Source of the DNA: an uncultured Candidatus Saccharimonadales bacterium
Lineage (GTDB): Bacteria; Patescibacteriota; Saccharimonadia; UBA4664
Direction: 5' to 3'
NCBI GenBank assembly: GCA_964505035.1
Contig: CAZDGK010000001.1
Location: 12,270-76,269, forward strand
DNA: 64,000 bases
The position numbers and the translations under genes were made by a program. The number at the start of each line of letters is the position of its first letter. Positions within the stretch are counted from its first letter, which is position 1. The notes beneath the pieces are model-generated. The model worked only from the letters and a program-made list of their open reading frames with translations, had not been told where the DNA came from and searched no databases. Positions 1 to 10,018 of this stretch are shown one piece after another.

Positions 1-1
1 G

Positions 2-658
2 GATGTAGACTTTATGGTTATAACCAGTCCGACCCACTGGATGGGCCACGAAGAACTTGGCCAACGTGCCGATGAAACTGGTCAAATCGTTTCGCAAACA
101 ATTTCTGAAGAACTTGCGGCACGCGGTGGAAACCCTACCCGCCTTATTAACACTAGCGACAACATTCACGGCGATCTTACCAGGCAGCATAGAGGCATTG
201 AAGAAGCCCGCCTATTCAATGATCGCCAATTTACGGCGTTCATGCGCGAGCGCTACGGTGGCCAAGGTCGCGAATTTTGGGATGCGGTTAATGCAGACAC
301 CCACCGTGAACTGCGCGAAAGCCTGGGAGCAGAAGGGCCAGAAGATGTTGCCGCTAGGGTCCAGAGAACAATCGACCTCATTGCGCGTTTTGGCGAATAC
401 TACGAGCATCGCAACCCTGGTCGCAGGCTAGCGACGTTTATTATTACTCACCAAGAAGATCTTGAACCTTACGCGCAGCGTCGGCTAGGTGTTGCACCTG
501 CCGATTTCCAGCCTGGTTACAACGACGGCCTAGAAATCGCCATAGGCGCCGATGGGACAGCGACTGCCACGGTAAATGGACGAGAGTATGAAGCACCGGT
601 AACAACCAATCGGCCCCTTCCAGAGCGACAGCCAGGCGAGGCCGAACCAGGTGAGTAA
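2..658 (+). CDS. Histidine phosphatase superfamily protein, probably truncated by the window start
   Basis: Frame open from base 2. 'VITSP...RADETG' and 'IITHQEDL' resemble the SP..R..T and C-terminal His motifs; the RHG motif would lie upstream of the window. Overlaps the next gene by 8 nt. Confidence 0.5.
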   Translation, partial: DVDFMVITSPTHWMGHEELGQRADETGQIVSQTISEELAARGGNPTRLINTSDNIHGDLTRQHRGIEEARLFNDRQFTAFMRERYGGQGREFWDAVNADTHRELRESLGAEGPEDVAARVQRTIDLIARFGEYYEHRNPGRRLATFIITHQEDLEPYAQRRLGVAPADFQPGYNDGLEIAIGADGTATATVNGREYEAPVTTNRPLPERQPGEAEPGE

Positions 659-3125
659 AAAGCTGAATTTTATACCGATGTACGAGATCGGTATGATCTC
701 GCCGCTTTACCCATGTATCGAGAACGGAGCCACATTTACCGATTTAATGCCGAAACTCGGTTTTTATGGCGACAAACACTTTTTGCTGTATTCAAACTTC
801 AATCTGGCTACCGCATACTACGAAGCCGACGAAATGTTACTATCAGGCAGGTATACATTTAGGCACTTGTCGAAGCCAACGCAGTTCACCCATTTTGTAA
901 ACGGCGTACATGAATCTGTTGCTAGAATACGTCAGTTCCTAGATAGGCTCGATAAGTTGGATGTTTGGACTATGCCGCAGGCAGAGCTAATAGACTTGCT
1001 TATAGAAAACAGCGAGATCGAAGCTAACATCTTCGCCTACTATAACAACACCCAACCTCAGAATTTCGCCATATTTGAACAAAAAATTATGGCGGCTCTG
1101 CGCAAAAAAGGCTTAGCCGAAGACGAAGCAATAGCAGCCATGTCGACGCTAACAACGTCTGAAGTCCCCACCCGTCTTAGCGAAGACGAATCCGACTGGC
1201 TACGTTTGGTCTTGGCGGCCAAACAGCAGCTTCCTTCTGACTGGAAAGCAATACGGCTGGAAAAGACCCACCCTGGCATTTACTCAAAGCTGCAAAAGCA
1301 CTTTGACGTTTATAAAACCCTACTGCTCGGCGATGGAAACTGGCAGCCTGATGTCAGCCATTATGTAAGCCTTCTCCGCAATGACATTGTTCGCCCGGCT
1401 GTTGAGCTGAATGAACGCCTAAAAGAACTAACCCAGTTTGCGACCAAGACTAAAGTGGCTAAAGCCGCACTCATTAAGCGCCTGGCGCTAACTGACGACA
1501 TAGTATTTTATGCTCATGTTATTAGCGAAGTAGGACATGTAAGGCTAATGATGCGAATAGATGGATTTATGCCGCTCGCCTATGCCAACGACAAGCCAAT
1601 CGTCGAGGCCCTAGCCCGCACATACAAGCTAGGTTCCCCAGAATTCAGATACATCACCTATGATGAGCTACTTAGCCTGCGCTCAAAGAATCCGCAACTA
1701 AACGCAGCAGAACTGAAGCGCCGGTTCAAGGAAAAGCACTTCCTTCTGATAGTAAACAATGGCAAGTACGAAATGTTGTTTGGCAAAAGTGCAGATATGG
1801 CCTTCGCCAAACTTGTGCCAGAAGCAAATTACTATACCGTAGAAGAGTTGTCGGGTAGTACAGCAATGGGCGGTCGCGTCAAAGGTATGGCCGTTGTATT
1901 TAACTGGGGTGACAATCTGCAAGATGCGCTAGACAAACTGCCTAAAGATGCCATTTTGGTGGCCGGTCAGACTAGGCCGCAGCTAATGCCATTAATCCGC
2001 GCGAGTAAAGGAATTATTACCGACGAGGGTGGTGTTATGAGCCACGCTGCGATAGTTGCTCGCGAGTTAGAAATGCCATGCATCGTAGGAACAAAAGTAG
2101 CGACAAAAGTGCTAAGGACAGGCGACTTAATCGAGCTAGATGCTGACAACGGTGTAATTAAGGTTATAGAGCACACTAACAAGACCAAAGCCGCACTATC
2201 TTACAAACGTATGTCTGCAACACAAAAGACAAAGAAGCTTGCCGGTAAGCCGGCAAGCACAACGTTGGTCGTTCAGCCCATTCTGCAATTCGATGAAATT
2301 AAGCAAGGCGAAACGGGTCTGGTTGGCGGTAAGGGCGGATCACTAGCTGCACTTTCGCGGGCGGGGCTGCCAGTTCCACCAGGGTTTGTGGTTACTACAG
2401 AATGCTTTAGGGCGTTTTCGACAAGCAAGATACCCGGCGACGTTCAAAAGAAGATCCTCGCAGCCTTCGACAAACTAGGGATAGATTATGTTGCGGTTCG
2501 GTCTTCGGCGATTGCAGAAGATTCTAAAGACACGTCCTGGGCCGGCCAGTTCGATACCCTATTGAATGTTACTCGCGATGGTTTAATTGCAGCAATTCAG
2601 AGCTGCTGGTATTCTGCCGAATCTGACTTGGTGCAGGATTATGCCAAAGATAACAAAATCGGGCGCGAAGATTTGGCACTTGCAGTGGTGGTTCAGGCAA
2701 TGGTTTCTAGTGATGTGTCTGGCGTGGCGTTTACCCACAACCCAGTTACCGGCGCCGCAAACGAAATAATGATAGAGGCCTGCTTTGGACTTGGTGAGAT
2801 GTTAGTCCAGGGCATGGTGACGCCAGATAACTTCTTGGTTGATAAGCAAGATTTAAGCGTTATGTCGCACGCGGCCAATAAACAACAGGTCATGCTCAGT
2901 TATGTGAAGGGCCAAAACATTGAGCTGCCCGTGCCTAACCCTAAAGCCAGTAAGCTTACTAAAACCCAACTGTTGGTAGTCGCTGGCCTTGCAAAGCGCA
3001 TAGAAGACTTCTACGGCACACCTCAAGACATTGAATGGGCGATGTCTAAGGGCCGAGTATACATAGTCCAATCACGCCCCATCACAACGCTGAAATCTTC
3101 TCGTCGTAAGGCGTCAAAGACCTAG
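651..3125 (+). CDS. PEP-utilising enzyme (PEP synthase/rifampin phosphotransferase-like) with permuted domain order
   Basis: Central phospho-His swivel motif TDEGGVMSHAAIVARELEMPCIVG. C-terminal ATP-grasp PPDK_N domain (VGGKG, VAVRSSA.AED...SWAGQFDT, DIEWA...VQSRPIT). Confidence 0.85.
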   Translation: MSKKLNFIPMYEIGMISPLYPCIENGATFTDLMPKLGFYGDKHFLLYSNFNLATAYYEADEMLLSGRYTFRHLSKPTQFTHFVNGVHESVARIRQFLDRLDKLDVWTMPQAELIDLLIENSEIEANIFAYYNNTQPQNFAIFEQKIMAALRKKGLAEDEAIAAMSTLTTSEVPTRLSEDESDWLRLVLAAKQQLPSDWKAIRLEKTHPGIYSKLQKHFDVYKTLLLGDGNWQPDVSHYVSLLRNDIVRPAVELNERLKELTQFATKTKVAKAALIKRLALTDDIVFYAHVISEVGHVRLMMRIDGFMPLAYANDKPIVEALARTYKLGSPEFRYITYDELLSLRSKNPQLNAAELKRRFKEKHFLLIVNNGKYEMLFGKSADMAFAKLVPEANYYTVEELSGSTAMGGRVKGMAVVFNWGDNLQDALDKLPKDAILVAGQTRPQLMPLIRASKGIITDEGGVMSHAAIVARELEMPCIVGTKVATKVLRTGDLIELDADNGVIKVIEHTNKTKAALSYKRMSATQKTKKLAGKPASTTLVVQPILQFDEIKQGETGLVGGKGGSLAALSRAGLPVPPGFVVTTECFRAFSTSKIPGDVQKKILAAFDKLGIDYVAVRSSAIAEDSKDTSWAGQFDTLLNVTRDGLIAAIQSCWYSAESDLVQDYAKDNKIGREDLALAVVVQAMVSSDVSGVAFTHNPVTGAANEIMIEACFGLGEMLVQGMVTPDNFLVDKQDLSVMSHAANKQQVMLSYVKGQNIELPVPNPKASKLTKTQLLVVAGLAKRIEDFYGTPQDIEWAMSKGRVYIVQSRPITTLKSSRRKASKT

Positions 3126-3358
3126 CAAATAACTTTGTGGCTTACTGCCGGCCGGCATTACAACGAGATTGCCTGCTCTACCCTCAAGGATGTAGTACAT
3201 GAAATCTGACTCATGTTCAACGAGTGTGGTTTCGTGTCCATTTTCCGCGTCGATCAGTACAAAACCGGCTTTGTCGCTTAGTTCCCGGCTGGGAAATATT
3301 TTGCCTTAATGCCGACTTTATCAAAAGAAATAGTCGAGGGTTCATGAATTACATACAT
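3114..3358 (-). pseudogene. Decayed cupin-domain gene (frameshift plus apparent deletions)
   Basis: Hand translation: MYVIHEPSTISFDKVGIKAKYFPAGN* then, in a shifted frame, ELSDKAGFVLIDAENGHETTLVEHESDFMYYILEG-RAGNLVVMPAG. Cupin motif 1 (YILEG) directly abuts motif 2 (G.LVV.PAG) with the spacer missing. Confidence 0.6.
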
Positions 3359-3534
3359 GCTGAGTGTATAGCGAATCTATGTCATAGCTATGTGGACCTT
3401 GCAAAAGTTTGGACATCCTATCTCTCCTGCCAGTAATTATCTATTTATTGCCTCCACAAAGCCCTGGCTGGTATACTATGCCAGACCTCAATCAGTCTGT
3501 CCGGATTCGTCCGGCAGCTCAGAAGGGTGGCGAC

Positions 3535-4041
3535 ATGTCCGACATACAGCCAATAACGAGCGGACCATGGTATTACTGTGCCCTCGTGACCATCCTCGTT
3601 GGATGGCCCCTCACGCTCGACGCGCTTTTGCGCTGGCCCTCCAGCTATCGCAAAGCCGGCCTGCACAAGTGGAAGTGGGTCACAGCGGCCCTCCTCTCCA
3701 ATCTGCTGTTCTACCCGGGGCTCGTCTTCGCGATCGTCTATCTCTTCAGCGCACGCGCTAAAATCAGGGCGACCAAACCCCGCCCCATACGCGATGCGTT
3801 CCGGGAAGCGAGAGAAACCAGCAACTCCGGCGGCTCCGGCAGCACCAGCGGCTCCACCACTGGTAGCGGACGGGGATCGACCGGCAGCAAGCGGCAATCG
3901 TTTATGCCGGACCGGCCGGCACATGTGCCAACCAAGCGGACACCCGTGCCCTGCGGCGCATGCCGGGCGACCGGACGCAACCCAGACGGCACCGTCTGCA
4001 CCTCGTGCGGCGGAAGCCGCAATGTGATTGGCACCTTCTAA
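3535..4041 (+). CDS. Small membrane protein with C-terminal DnaJ-like zinc finger
   Basis: Two hydrophobic helices, a Gly/Ser linker and CGACRATG...CTSCGGS. SD-like GAAGGGTGG before ATG 3535. Confidence 0.6.
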   Translation: MSDIQPITSGPWYYCALVTILVGWPLTLDALLRWPSSYRKAGLHKWKWVTAALLSNLLFYPGLVFAIVYLFSARAKIRATKPRPIRDAFREARETSNSGGSGSTSGSTTGSGRGSTGSKRQSFMPDRPAHVPTKRTPVPCGACRATGRNPDGTVCTSCGGSRNVIGTF

Positions 4042-4057
4042 CACTAGGCGCCACTTC

Positions 4058-4097
4058 AACAGTCCGGCCTCGTGCAGAGGCCGGACTGTTTCATTTC
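4058..4097 (+). terminator. Rho-independent terminator
   Basis: AACAGTCCGGCCTC/GAGGCCGGACTGTT inverted repeat followed by TCATTT. Confidence 0.75.
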
Positions 4098-4209
4098 TTC
4101 CGCAAAGTCTCGGTTAACATCCTGCCACCCCTTCCATGAACTATAATTCTGCACAAGAAAGACCCGCCCAAGAGGCGGGCCTGTCTTGTCTAGGGTTTCG
4201 TGGCTGCTG

Positions 4210-4650
4210 TTAGAATATTTTGAAGGATGAGATTCTGTCGTTCAGCGCACTTCCTACCCAGGGCACGAAGCCACCTTGGGCGCTGGTTGTGATCCAGCCG
4301 GCACCGCCGCCGGTACAGTTGTTTGTGTCATAGAAGTACACAATGCTGCCATAGTTTAGGTTTGAAACCAGAGAGCTTGCCCGGTTGTCAAACGAGAAAG
4401 CGCCATTAACCATAGGGATGCAGGTATTGGCTGGCGGCACACTAAAACCTACCTGCGTGCCGCTATAGTTAATGTCTTGCCAGAAACAGATCGAATTCGA
4501 CCAACACGCGGCCTGGGCGGTTGCTGTCTGCACCATGGCTAGCGGCGAAACGAAAGCCAAGCTCATGCTGAGCAAGACCAGCGCATGGCGGGCAAGTTTA
4601 ATGTTACGGAGTCTTAGTGCGCCCGAGCGCACCGTCTGAAGAAACTTCAT
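4210..4650 (-). CDS. Secreted peptidase inhibitor family I36 / beta-gamma-crystallin-like protein
   Basis: Signal peptide ending AQA, then ACWSNSICFWQDINYSG, DNRASSLV.N and terminal NDRISSFK. GGAGG precedes ATG 4650. Confidence 0.75.
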   Translation of the reverse strand: MKFLQTVRSGALRLRNIKLARHALVLLSMSLAFVSPLAMVQTATAQAACWSNSICFWQDINYSGTQVGFSVPPANTCIPMVNGAFSFDNRASSLVSNLNYGSIVYFYDTNNCTGGGAGWITTSAQGGFVPWVGSALNDRISSFKIF

Positions 4651-4751
4651 ACGACCCTCCAGTGAATTTGTAAAATACACCCTAGTAATTTCATTATAAC
4701 GCTTATGTCTAGTCCGGTCGGTCAAGGGATTACTTCTGGTATACTCTGCTT

Positions 4752-5939
4752 ATGGTTAAGGCCGCTTCTACTCCCGCCACAGCCAGCGCAATCCAGCTCA
4801 GTGCCTGGGCAATAATTGTGCTTACGGTCATCGCCGGCGCTGCCACCCTGCTCATGCCGGCGCCGGCTGGCCAATCTGCCGGCACCTTCCACGGTGAGTT
4901 CGCCACCTCACTGATGGTCGTAGTACTCAATTTGGGCGCTGCCGCCTTATTCCTGGTCAGCCTGGGCGGCTTCAGCGCCAAGCTCAAATTAGCCTACGTA
5001 GCCATGTGTGCCGCCTTCGTGGCTCAGAGTATCGGCTTCGTCCAAATCCCGTTGCTCAGTATTGCAGGCGAGCTCGGTTCGGCTTGGGTCAAGCAAGGCT
5101 GGGTGGTGCTGCCGTTCCTGTCCAGCGCCCTACTGACCTATTTTGGCGTCCGCGGGTTTGCCCGGTTATTTGGGGTGCGCGGGTGGCTGACATCCATCAG
5201 CCTCACTCAAGCAATCGTGGTCGCGGTAGCGGTCCTGCTCACGTTTATGCCGCACGCACCCTGGCACGAGTCCGAATTTTCCTTCGATGCCACCATCGCG
5301 CTCGAAGTCATTTCAGGGCTGGAGTGCACCTTTGCCGCCATGCTGGCCTTTCAGGTCAGTCGCCAGTCTAGCCAGCTCTACAAGCTACCGATGCAGCTCC
5401 TTACTGCCGGGCTCATTAGCGAGATTGCTAGCGTCCTCATCCAGGTACCGGCAGCTTTCCTGCTCACCAACGGTCTCGACTTGACGGCCAATGGCACAGC
5501 CATCGCGCCCCAAGTTGTCGGTGGAGTTATCTTGGTCTGGGCGGCGGTAGCCTTCCATGGCGTGCCATCGCGAGAACAAGCCGCTCTGCCGAGCGCAGTC
5601 TCAGAAGCCGGCCGGACCGCCCTCGACGCCGTGATGAGCCTGGCCAGCCTTGTCTCCGCGCCCGCCGGTATCGAATCATCCAGTGAGACACTGCGAGTAA
5701 TTACCTCCAATCTCCAGCCCGGTCAGGCCATTTCGCCCGAGGACGAGGACCGTCTGGCGCAATGTTATCTCGCCATCGAGAGCTACCTGGACAAGCGCGA
5801 GTTGGTCAGGCCTCAGCCGGTCGCCGCCATGCGCAACCGCACCGAGCTGGTATATGGCGAGGCGCTCACCCAGTCTAAGTTTTGGCAGACCGTTCGCCAG
5901 ACTCCTCCAGGTGCCGGACCCGCCCTCTCCAGCGCGTAG
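4752..5939 (+). CDS. Multi-pass membrane protein with soluble C-terminal domain
   Basis: About 8 hydrophobic segments. TG-G-TATACT lies 6 nt before the ATG. Confidence 0.65.
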   Translation: MVKAASTPATASAIQLSAWAIIVLTVIAGAATLLMPAPAGQSAGTFHGEFATSLMVVVLNLGAAALFLVSLGGFSAKLKLAYVAMCAAFVAQSIGFVQIPLLSIAGELGSAWVKQGWVVLPFLSSALLTYFGVRGFARLFGVRGWLTSISLTQAIVVAVAVLLTFMPHAPWHESEFSFDATIALEVISGLECTFAAMLAFQVSRQSSQLYKLPMQLLTAGLISEIASVLIQVPAAFLLTNGLDLTANGTAIAPQVVGGVILVWAAVAFHGVPSREQAALPSAVSEAGRTALDAVMSLASLVSAPAGIESSSETLRVITSNLQPGQAISPEDEDRLAQCYLAIESYLDKRELVRPQPVAAMRNRTELVYGEALTQSKFWQTVRQTPPGAGPALSSA

Positions 5940-6010
5940 TCGATTATTTACAAAGCCAGTAAAAAAGTTTAATATAGGCAAGTCCAGTCCCAACTCCATA
6001 GGAGTGGCCC

Positions 6011-6367
6011 ATGAATCTACACATGTTCAACACCGAGGACGGCTACGCGCTCTGGGGCGCGTTCCTGACCGGCACTCACAACGACGGCGATGGCGGCATT
6101 CACATCTACGAGTGGTGGTTCACCATCGCCCGCACCGAGGAAGAGGCCCGTAAGACCCTGGAGGGTCCGGCAGAGGCGCGCAAGGCGCGATTCAGCTGGC
6201 ACGCGCACGATCCCGGCACCATCGAGTACCGGACCATCGGCCCGTCAGAGCTGGTCGTCTGCTGGCGTCTCCCCGTCGGCGACCACTACCTCAAGCCGGT
6301 GAAGCTGACGCATCCCAGCGCCAGCGGTCTCAACGTGACGGCCGCGCTGATCGACATGCGCAGCTAG
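6011..6367 (+). CDS. Hypothetical protein
   Basis: AGGAG SD, strong GC3 bias, downstream hairpin at about 6376-6408. Confidence 0.6.
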   Translation: MNLHMFNTEDGYALWGAFLTGTHNDGDGGIHIYEWWFTIARTEEEARKTLEGPAEARKARFSWHAHDPGTIEYRTIGPSELVVCWRLPVGDHYLKPVKLTHPSASGLNVTAALIDMRS

Positions 6368-6465
6368 TCACCACAGTGGCGGTAGCTGAACATCTCAGCT
6401 GCCGCTATTTATTTTAGGTTTTAGTCAAACAAGGTTGACACACCCCAGCAGCTTGCTACACTGTC

Positions 6466-6918
6466 GTGGTGACAAAAATCACTGAGTTCTCGTTCGAGAT
6501 CCGTTACACCGGCAACCCTCAGATCGGCAGCGGCGTGTTCGCCACTCACTCCATCGAGGCGGGCGCCATCATCCCCGGCGGCATATTGCTGCCCAGGCGC
6601 TCAGACTGCCGCGTGCTCCACGAATCCGACTTCCCGTCGGGGCTCAAGCACTTCACCAAGTACTGCGTCGCCAAGGACGTCGACGAGTGGTACTGCCCAT
6701 GGGACTTTGCTCGCATGGAAAACGGCTGGCGACTCAACCACGCCGACGAGCATGCCCAGGATCCAGCCGCCCAGCCGAGCCTCCGAATTGGCCCAGACTG
6801 GGAGCTGGAAGTCGTGCGGTTCATCGCCGCCGACGACGAAGTGCGCTGCGACTACAACCAGTTCGGCGAACCAATCCGCCGGCGCAAGCCCTACTACTAC
6901 AAGGGCGTAGTAGACTAG
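6466..6918 (+). CDS. SET-domain protein (putative lysine methyltransferase)
   Basis: GSGVFA..I..G, RLNHA and I..DDEVRCDY match SET motifs I, III and IV. Confidence 0.75.
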   Translation: MVTKITEFSFEIRYTGNPQIGSGVFATHSIEAGAIIPGGILLPRRSDCRVLHESDFPSGLKHFTKYCVAKDVDEWYCPWDFARMENGWRLNHADEHAQDPAAQPSLRIGPDWELEVVRFIAADDEVRCDYNQFGEPIRRRKPYYYKGVVD

Positions 6919-6988
6919 GCGCGCCGCCCCCAAACTTGCCCGTCCGGTATTCATCCGGGCGGGCCATTTCTTTTGCTACAATACTCTT

Positions 6989-7822
6989 GTGCTTATTAAG
7001 CGATTATCAATCACCGCGCTCGCCTGCCTCGCATTCTTAGCTACCACTGGCTCCATCCAGGCCGCCACCAATGCCTTGGCTCAGATCTTTACCGCCAGCA
7101 GTGCTAAGGGCAAGATCGTAGCCGGTGCGCTTGTTAGCGCCCAGCCGGGTGCGTCTGGTAGTGTCGAGCTGGCCGATGCCGCCACCGCCGACCGGCTCGT
7201 AGGCATAGCAGCCCAGGATGCCGTACTGGTCATCACGGGCAACACCTCGGCCGCCTCAGCATCCGCCAGCCAAGTTCAGGTTGTCCTAAGCGGCTCGGCC
7301 AGCGTGCTCGTCAGCGACCTGAATGGCTCCATCAAAGCCGGCGACCGCATCACCGCCTCGCCAATCGCCGGCGTGGGCATGCGGGCAGGTGGCAGTAGCC
7401 AGATTGTCGGCATTGCCCAGACCGATCTCAAAACCGCCACCGCCGCTACCCGCAGCATCACCGATGTGCATGGCGCCAGCCACAGCGTGCACGTCGGCAA
7501 CGTCCAGCTGCAAGTCGGCATCGGCAGCTACCAGGCACCCGGCAGCAACTACCTGCCGCCAGCCCTGCAGAGCCTGGCAGACAGCATCGCCGGCCGGTCC
7601 GTCTCGCTAGCCCGCATTATCATCTGCAGCCTGCTGCTGCTAGTGGCGCTGGTTAGCGTAGGCGTCCTCATCTTCACCGCCACGCGCTTTGCCATGATCG
7701 CGCTAGGTCGCAACCCGCTGGCGGCTTCCGGCATCCGCAAGAGCCTCTACCAAGTCATCTTTGTATCGGTCGTCATCGTCGGTGGGGCCTTGCTCGCCAG
7801 CTACATTGTCCTGACGCTTTAG
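6989..7822 (+). CDS. Exported/membrane hypothetical protein
   Basis: Signal peptide, beta-rich domain (IKAGDRITASPIAGVGM), two C-terminal TM helices around 'GRNPLA'. Confidence 0.7.
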   Translation: MLIKRLSITALACLAFLATTGSIQAATNALAQIFTASSAKGKIVAGALVSAQPGASGSVELADAATADRLVGIAAQDAVLVITGNTSAASASASQVQVVLSGSASVLVSDLNGSIKAGDRITASPIAGVGMRAGGSSQIVGIAQTDLKTATAATRSITDVHGASHSVHVGNVQLQVGIGSYQAPGSNYLPPALQSLADSIAGRSVSLARIIICSLLLLVALVSVGVLIFTATRFAMIALGRNPLAASGIRKSLYQVIFVSVVIVGGALLASYIVLTL

Positions 7823-7903
7823 CAGTGCCCAAAGCGGTTGCCTCAGGCCACACCTTAAGGTTAAGCTTAAGAGGAAACGTGACGAGGAGTAGCCGCGCCA
7901 TCC

Positions 7904-9958
7904 ATGGCCAATGAACGCTTCATGGATATCACCCCGCCAACCAGCAGCCAGCCGCTGCCGGGCGCTCAGGTATTGCCCGACCAGCCACCCACCTGGCCAG
8001 GTCTCGCGACCGTCCCGACGCCGCCGCCGAGCTTGCCGCCCCGCCGAGGGCTGTCGCTCAAGACCATCGTGCTGATTGCCGGCGCGGTCGTGGTGGCTGG
8101 CGGCACCGTCGCCGCTATCCTGCTGCGCGCCAACCGGCCCACCTCCACACAGGCCGGCGACTTCAAGTCCGTCCAGCTGTCACTGGCCGATCTCGCCTCC
8201 AATCCCGGCGCGACCGGCCTGATTGGCGCTAGCCTGCAGGTCAATGGCCGGCTCAACCTGTCCGACTCAGTCGTCTTTAACCCCTCCACCCAGCCCACTT
8301 CTCCCGTCGCCGGTCAGCTCTACTACGACCAGACCGCCAACCAGCTGGCGTTTTACAATGGCCAGGGCTACCTCAACCTGGGCGCCACCACCAACAACAC
8401 CACCAACGTCACCAATGTGCTGACCGGCGGCGGCGCTGGCGTCAAACTGCAGGCTACCACCCCCGGCACGCCTCAAACCGGCCACCTGGCCATCACCGGC
8501 ACTGCCATCGTCGGCACGCTTAGCACCAATATCATCGACGGGGGAACCGCCAAGCCGCTCTTCCTGAACCCCGTCTCCGTCAGCACTGCGCCCACCCCCG
8601 CTGGCATCCCGGTGCACATCGGCCTGGATGTACCCGGCGCCACCACCGAGGCCAGCCCCGGTTGGCAAGACGGTATGAATGCCCAGAAAGTCACCATGGG
8701 CGCCGACGGCGGCAAACTCCAGTCCATGAGCGTTATGTACGTGGGCGGCGCGCCCACCGACCACGTCCAGTTTGCCGTCTACGATGACGACGGCGACGTC
8801 CCCAGCAAACCCGGCAGCCGCCTCGCCGCCAGCGCCATCGTTAGTCTGGTGCCCGACGGCTGGGCCACCGCCACACTGCCGTCCATCACCCTCAGCCCCA
8901 ACACCACCTACTGGCTAGCCGTCAACACCGACTCCACCACCGCCCGTCGCACCGTCAACGGCGGCGCCCAGAATTATTGCTACGTCTTCAAGCCCTTTGG
9001 CGCCATGCCCGACCCGTTTAGTGCACCTGGCTGCTTTGGCGGCGACCTGACCTACCCGCTCTACGCCACCTACACCACCCTCGGCGGCACAGCCGGCGCT
9101 ATCAACCAGGCCCAAATGACCCTCGACCCGGCCAGCGGCGTGCTTATCCGCAACCCCATCGACAACGACACCGCTTTCCAAATCCAGAACTCGCTCGGCT
9201 CCAGCACCATCTTTAACGTCGATGTCGCCAATGGCCGCGTCGCCATTGGCAAGCTCAATGCCAGCTACAAACTCGACATCTCCGGCGGCGATGCCAACCT
9301 ATCGCTCAGCCGCTCCCTGCGCTTTGGCGGCCAGCAAACCCTCACCGTCACCAATACCGGCATTACCGCCCTCACCAACCTCAGCGGGGGCGGCACCGTG
9401 CGCGTTCAGGGCGACAGCTTCTCCGTCCAGGACCGCAGCGCCACCCACGCCAACCTCACCATCAATAACCTGACCGGCGCCACCACCTTCTCCAACGTCA
9501 GTGATTCCACCGGCGCCTTCCAGGTTCAAAACGCCGGCAGCACCACCGTCTTTAACGTCGACACCACCAATGCCGTCGTCACGGTCACCACCCTCGTCAC
9601 CGGCAACATCACGGTAAACGGCCATCTCATCACCGGTGGCACAGCGCCCGGCATTGCCGCCGGCGCCGCCGCCTGCACCACCCCCACCGTCAGCCTCATC
9701 GGCACCGATACCGCCGGCAGCATCACCATCACCACCGGCACTGGTTGTGCGGCCAGTGGCACGCTAGCCACCATCACCTTTGCCGCCGCCTTTGGGGCTG
9801 CCCCGCACATCGTGACCACTCCCGGCAATGCTGCCGCCCTGGCTCTCGGCGCCTACATCGACAACGCTACCGTCTCGACCACCAGCTTCAAGATCGCCAC
9901 CGGGACCACGCCTTCCAGCACCACGAGTTACCAATGGAATTACCTCGTCGCCCAGTAA
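7904..9958 (+). CDS. Membrane-anchored, Thr/Gly-rich beta-strand surface/fibre protein
   Basis: Pro-rich N-terminus, one TM helix, repeated AFQ(I/V)QN..S.T(I/V)FNVD units, C-terminal beta domain. Confidence 0.75.
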   Translation: MANERFMDITPPTSSQPLPGAQVLPDQPPTWPGLATVPTPPPSLPPRRGLSLKTIVLIAGAVVVAGGTVAAILLRANRPTSTQAGDFKSVQLSLADLASNPGATGLIGASLQVNGRLNLSDSVVFNPSTQPTSPVAGQLYYDQTANQLAFYNGQGYLNLGATTNNTTNVTNVLTGGGAGVKLQATTPGTPQTGHLAITGTAIVGTLSTNIIDGGTAKPLFLNPVSVSTAPTPAGIPVHIGLDVPGATTEASPGWQDGMNAQKVTMGADGGKLQSMSVMYVGGAPTDHVQFAVYDDDGDVPSKPGSRLAASAIVSLVPDGWATATLPSITLSPNTTYWLAVNTDSTTARRTVNGGAQNYCYVFKPFGAMPDPFSAPGCFGGDLTYPLYATYTTLGGTAGAINQAQMTLDPASGVLIRNPIDNDTAFQIQNSLGSSTIFNVDVANGRVAIGKLNASYKLDISGGDANLSLSRSLRFGGQQTLTVTNTGITALTNLSGGGTVRVQGDSFSVQDRSATHANLTINNLTGATTFSNVSDSTGAFQVQNAGSTTVFNVDTTNAVVTVTTLVTGNITVNGHLITGGTAPGIAAGAAACTTPTVSLIGTDTAGSITITTGTGCAASGTLATITFAAAFGAAPHIVTTPGNAAALALGAYIDNATVSTTSFKIATGTTPSSTTSYQWNYLVAQ

Positions 9959-10018
9959 TCTGATACGATGGTCCAGACAATAATAATTGTCACAGCCTAG
10001 ACCGAAAGGCGTGTATCC

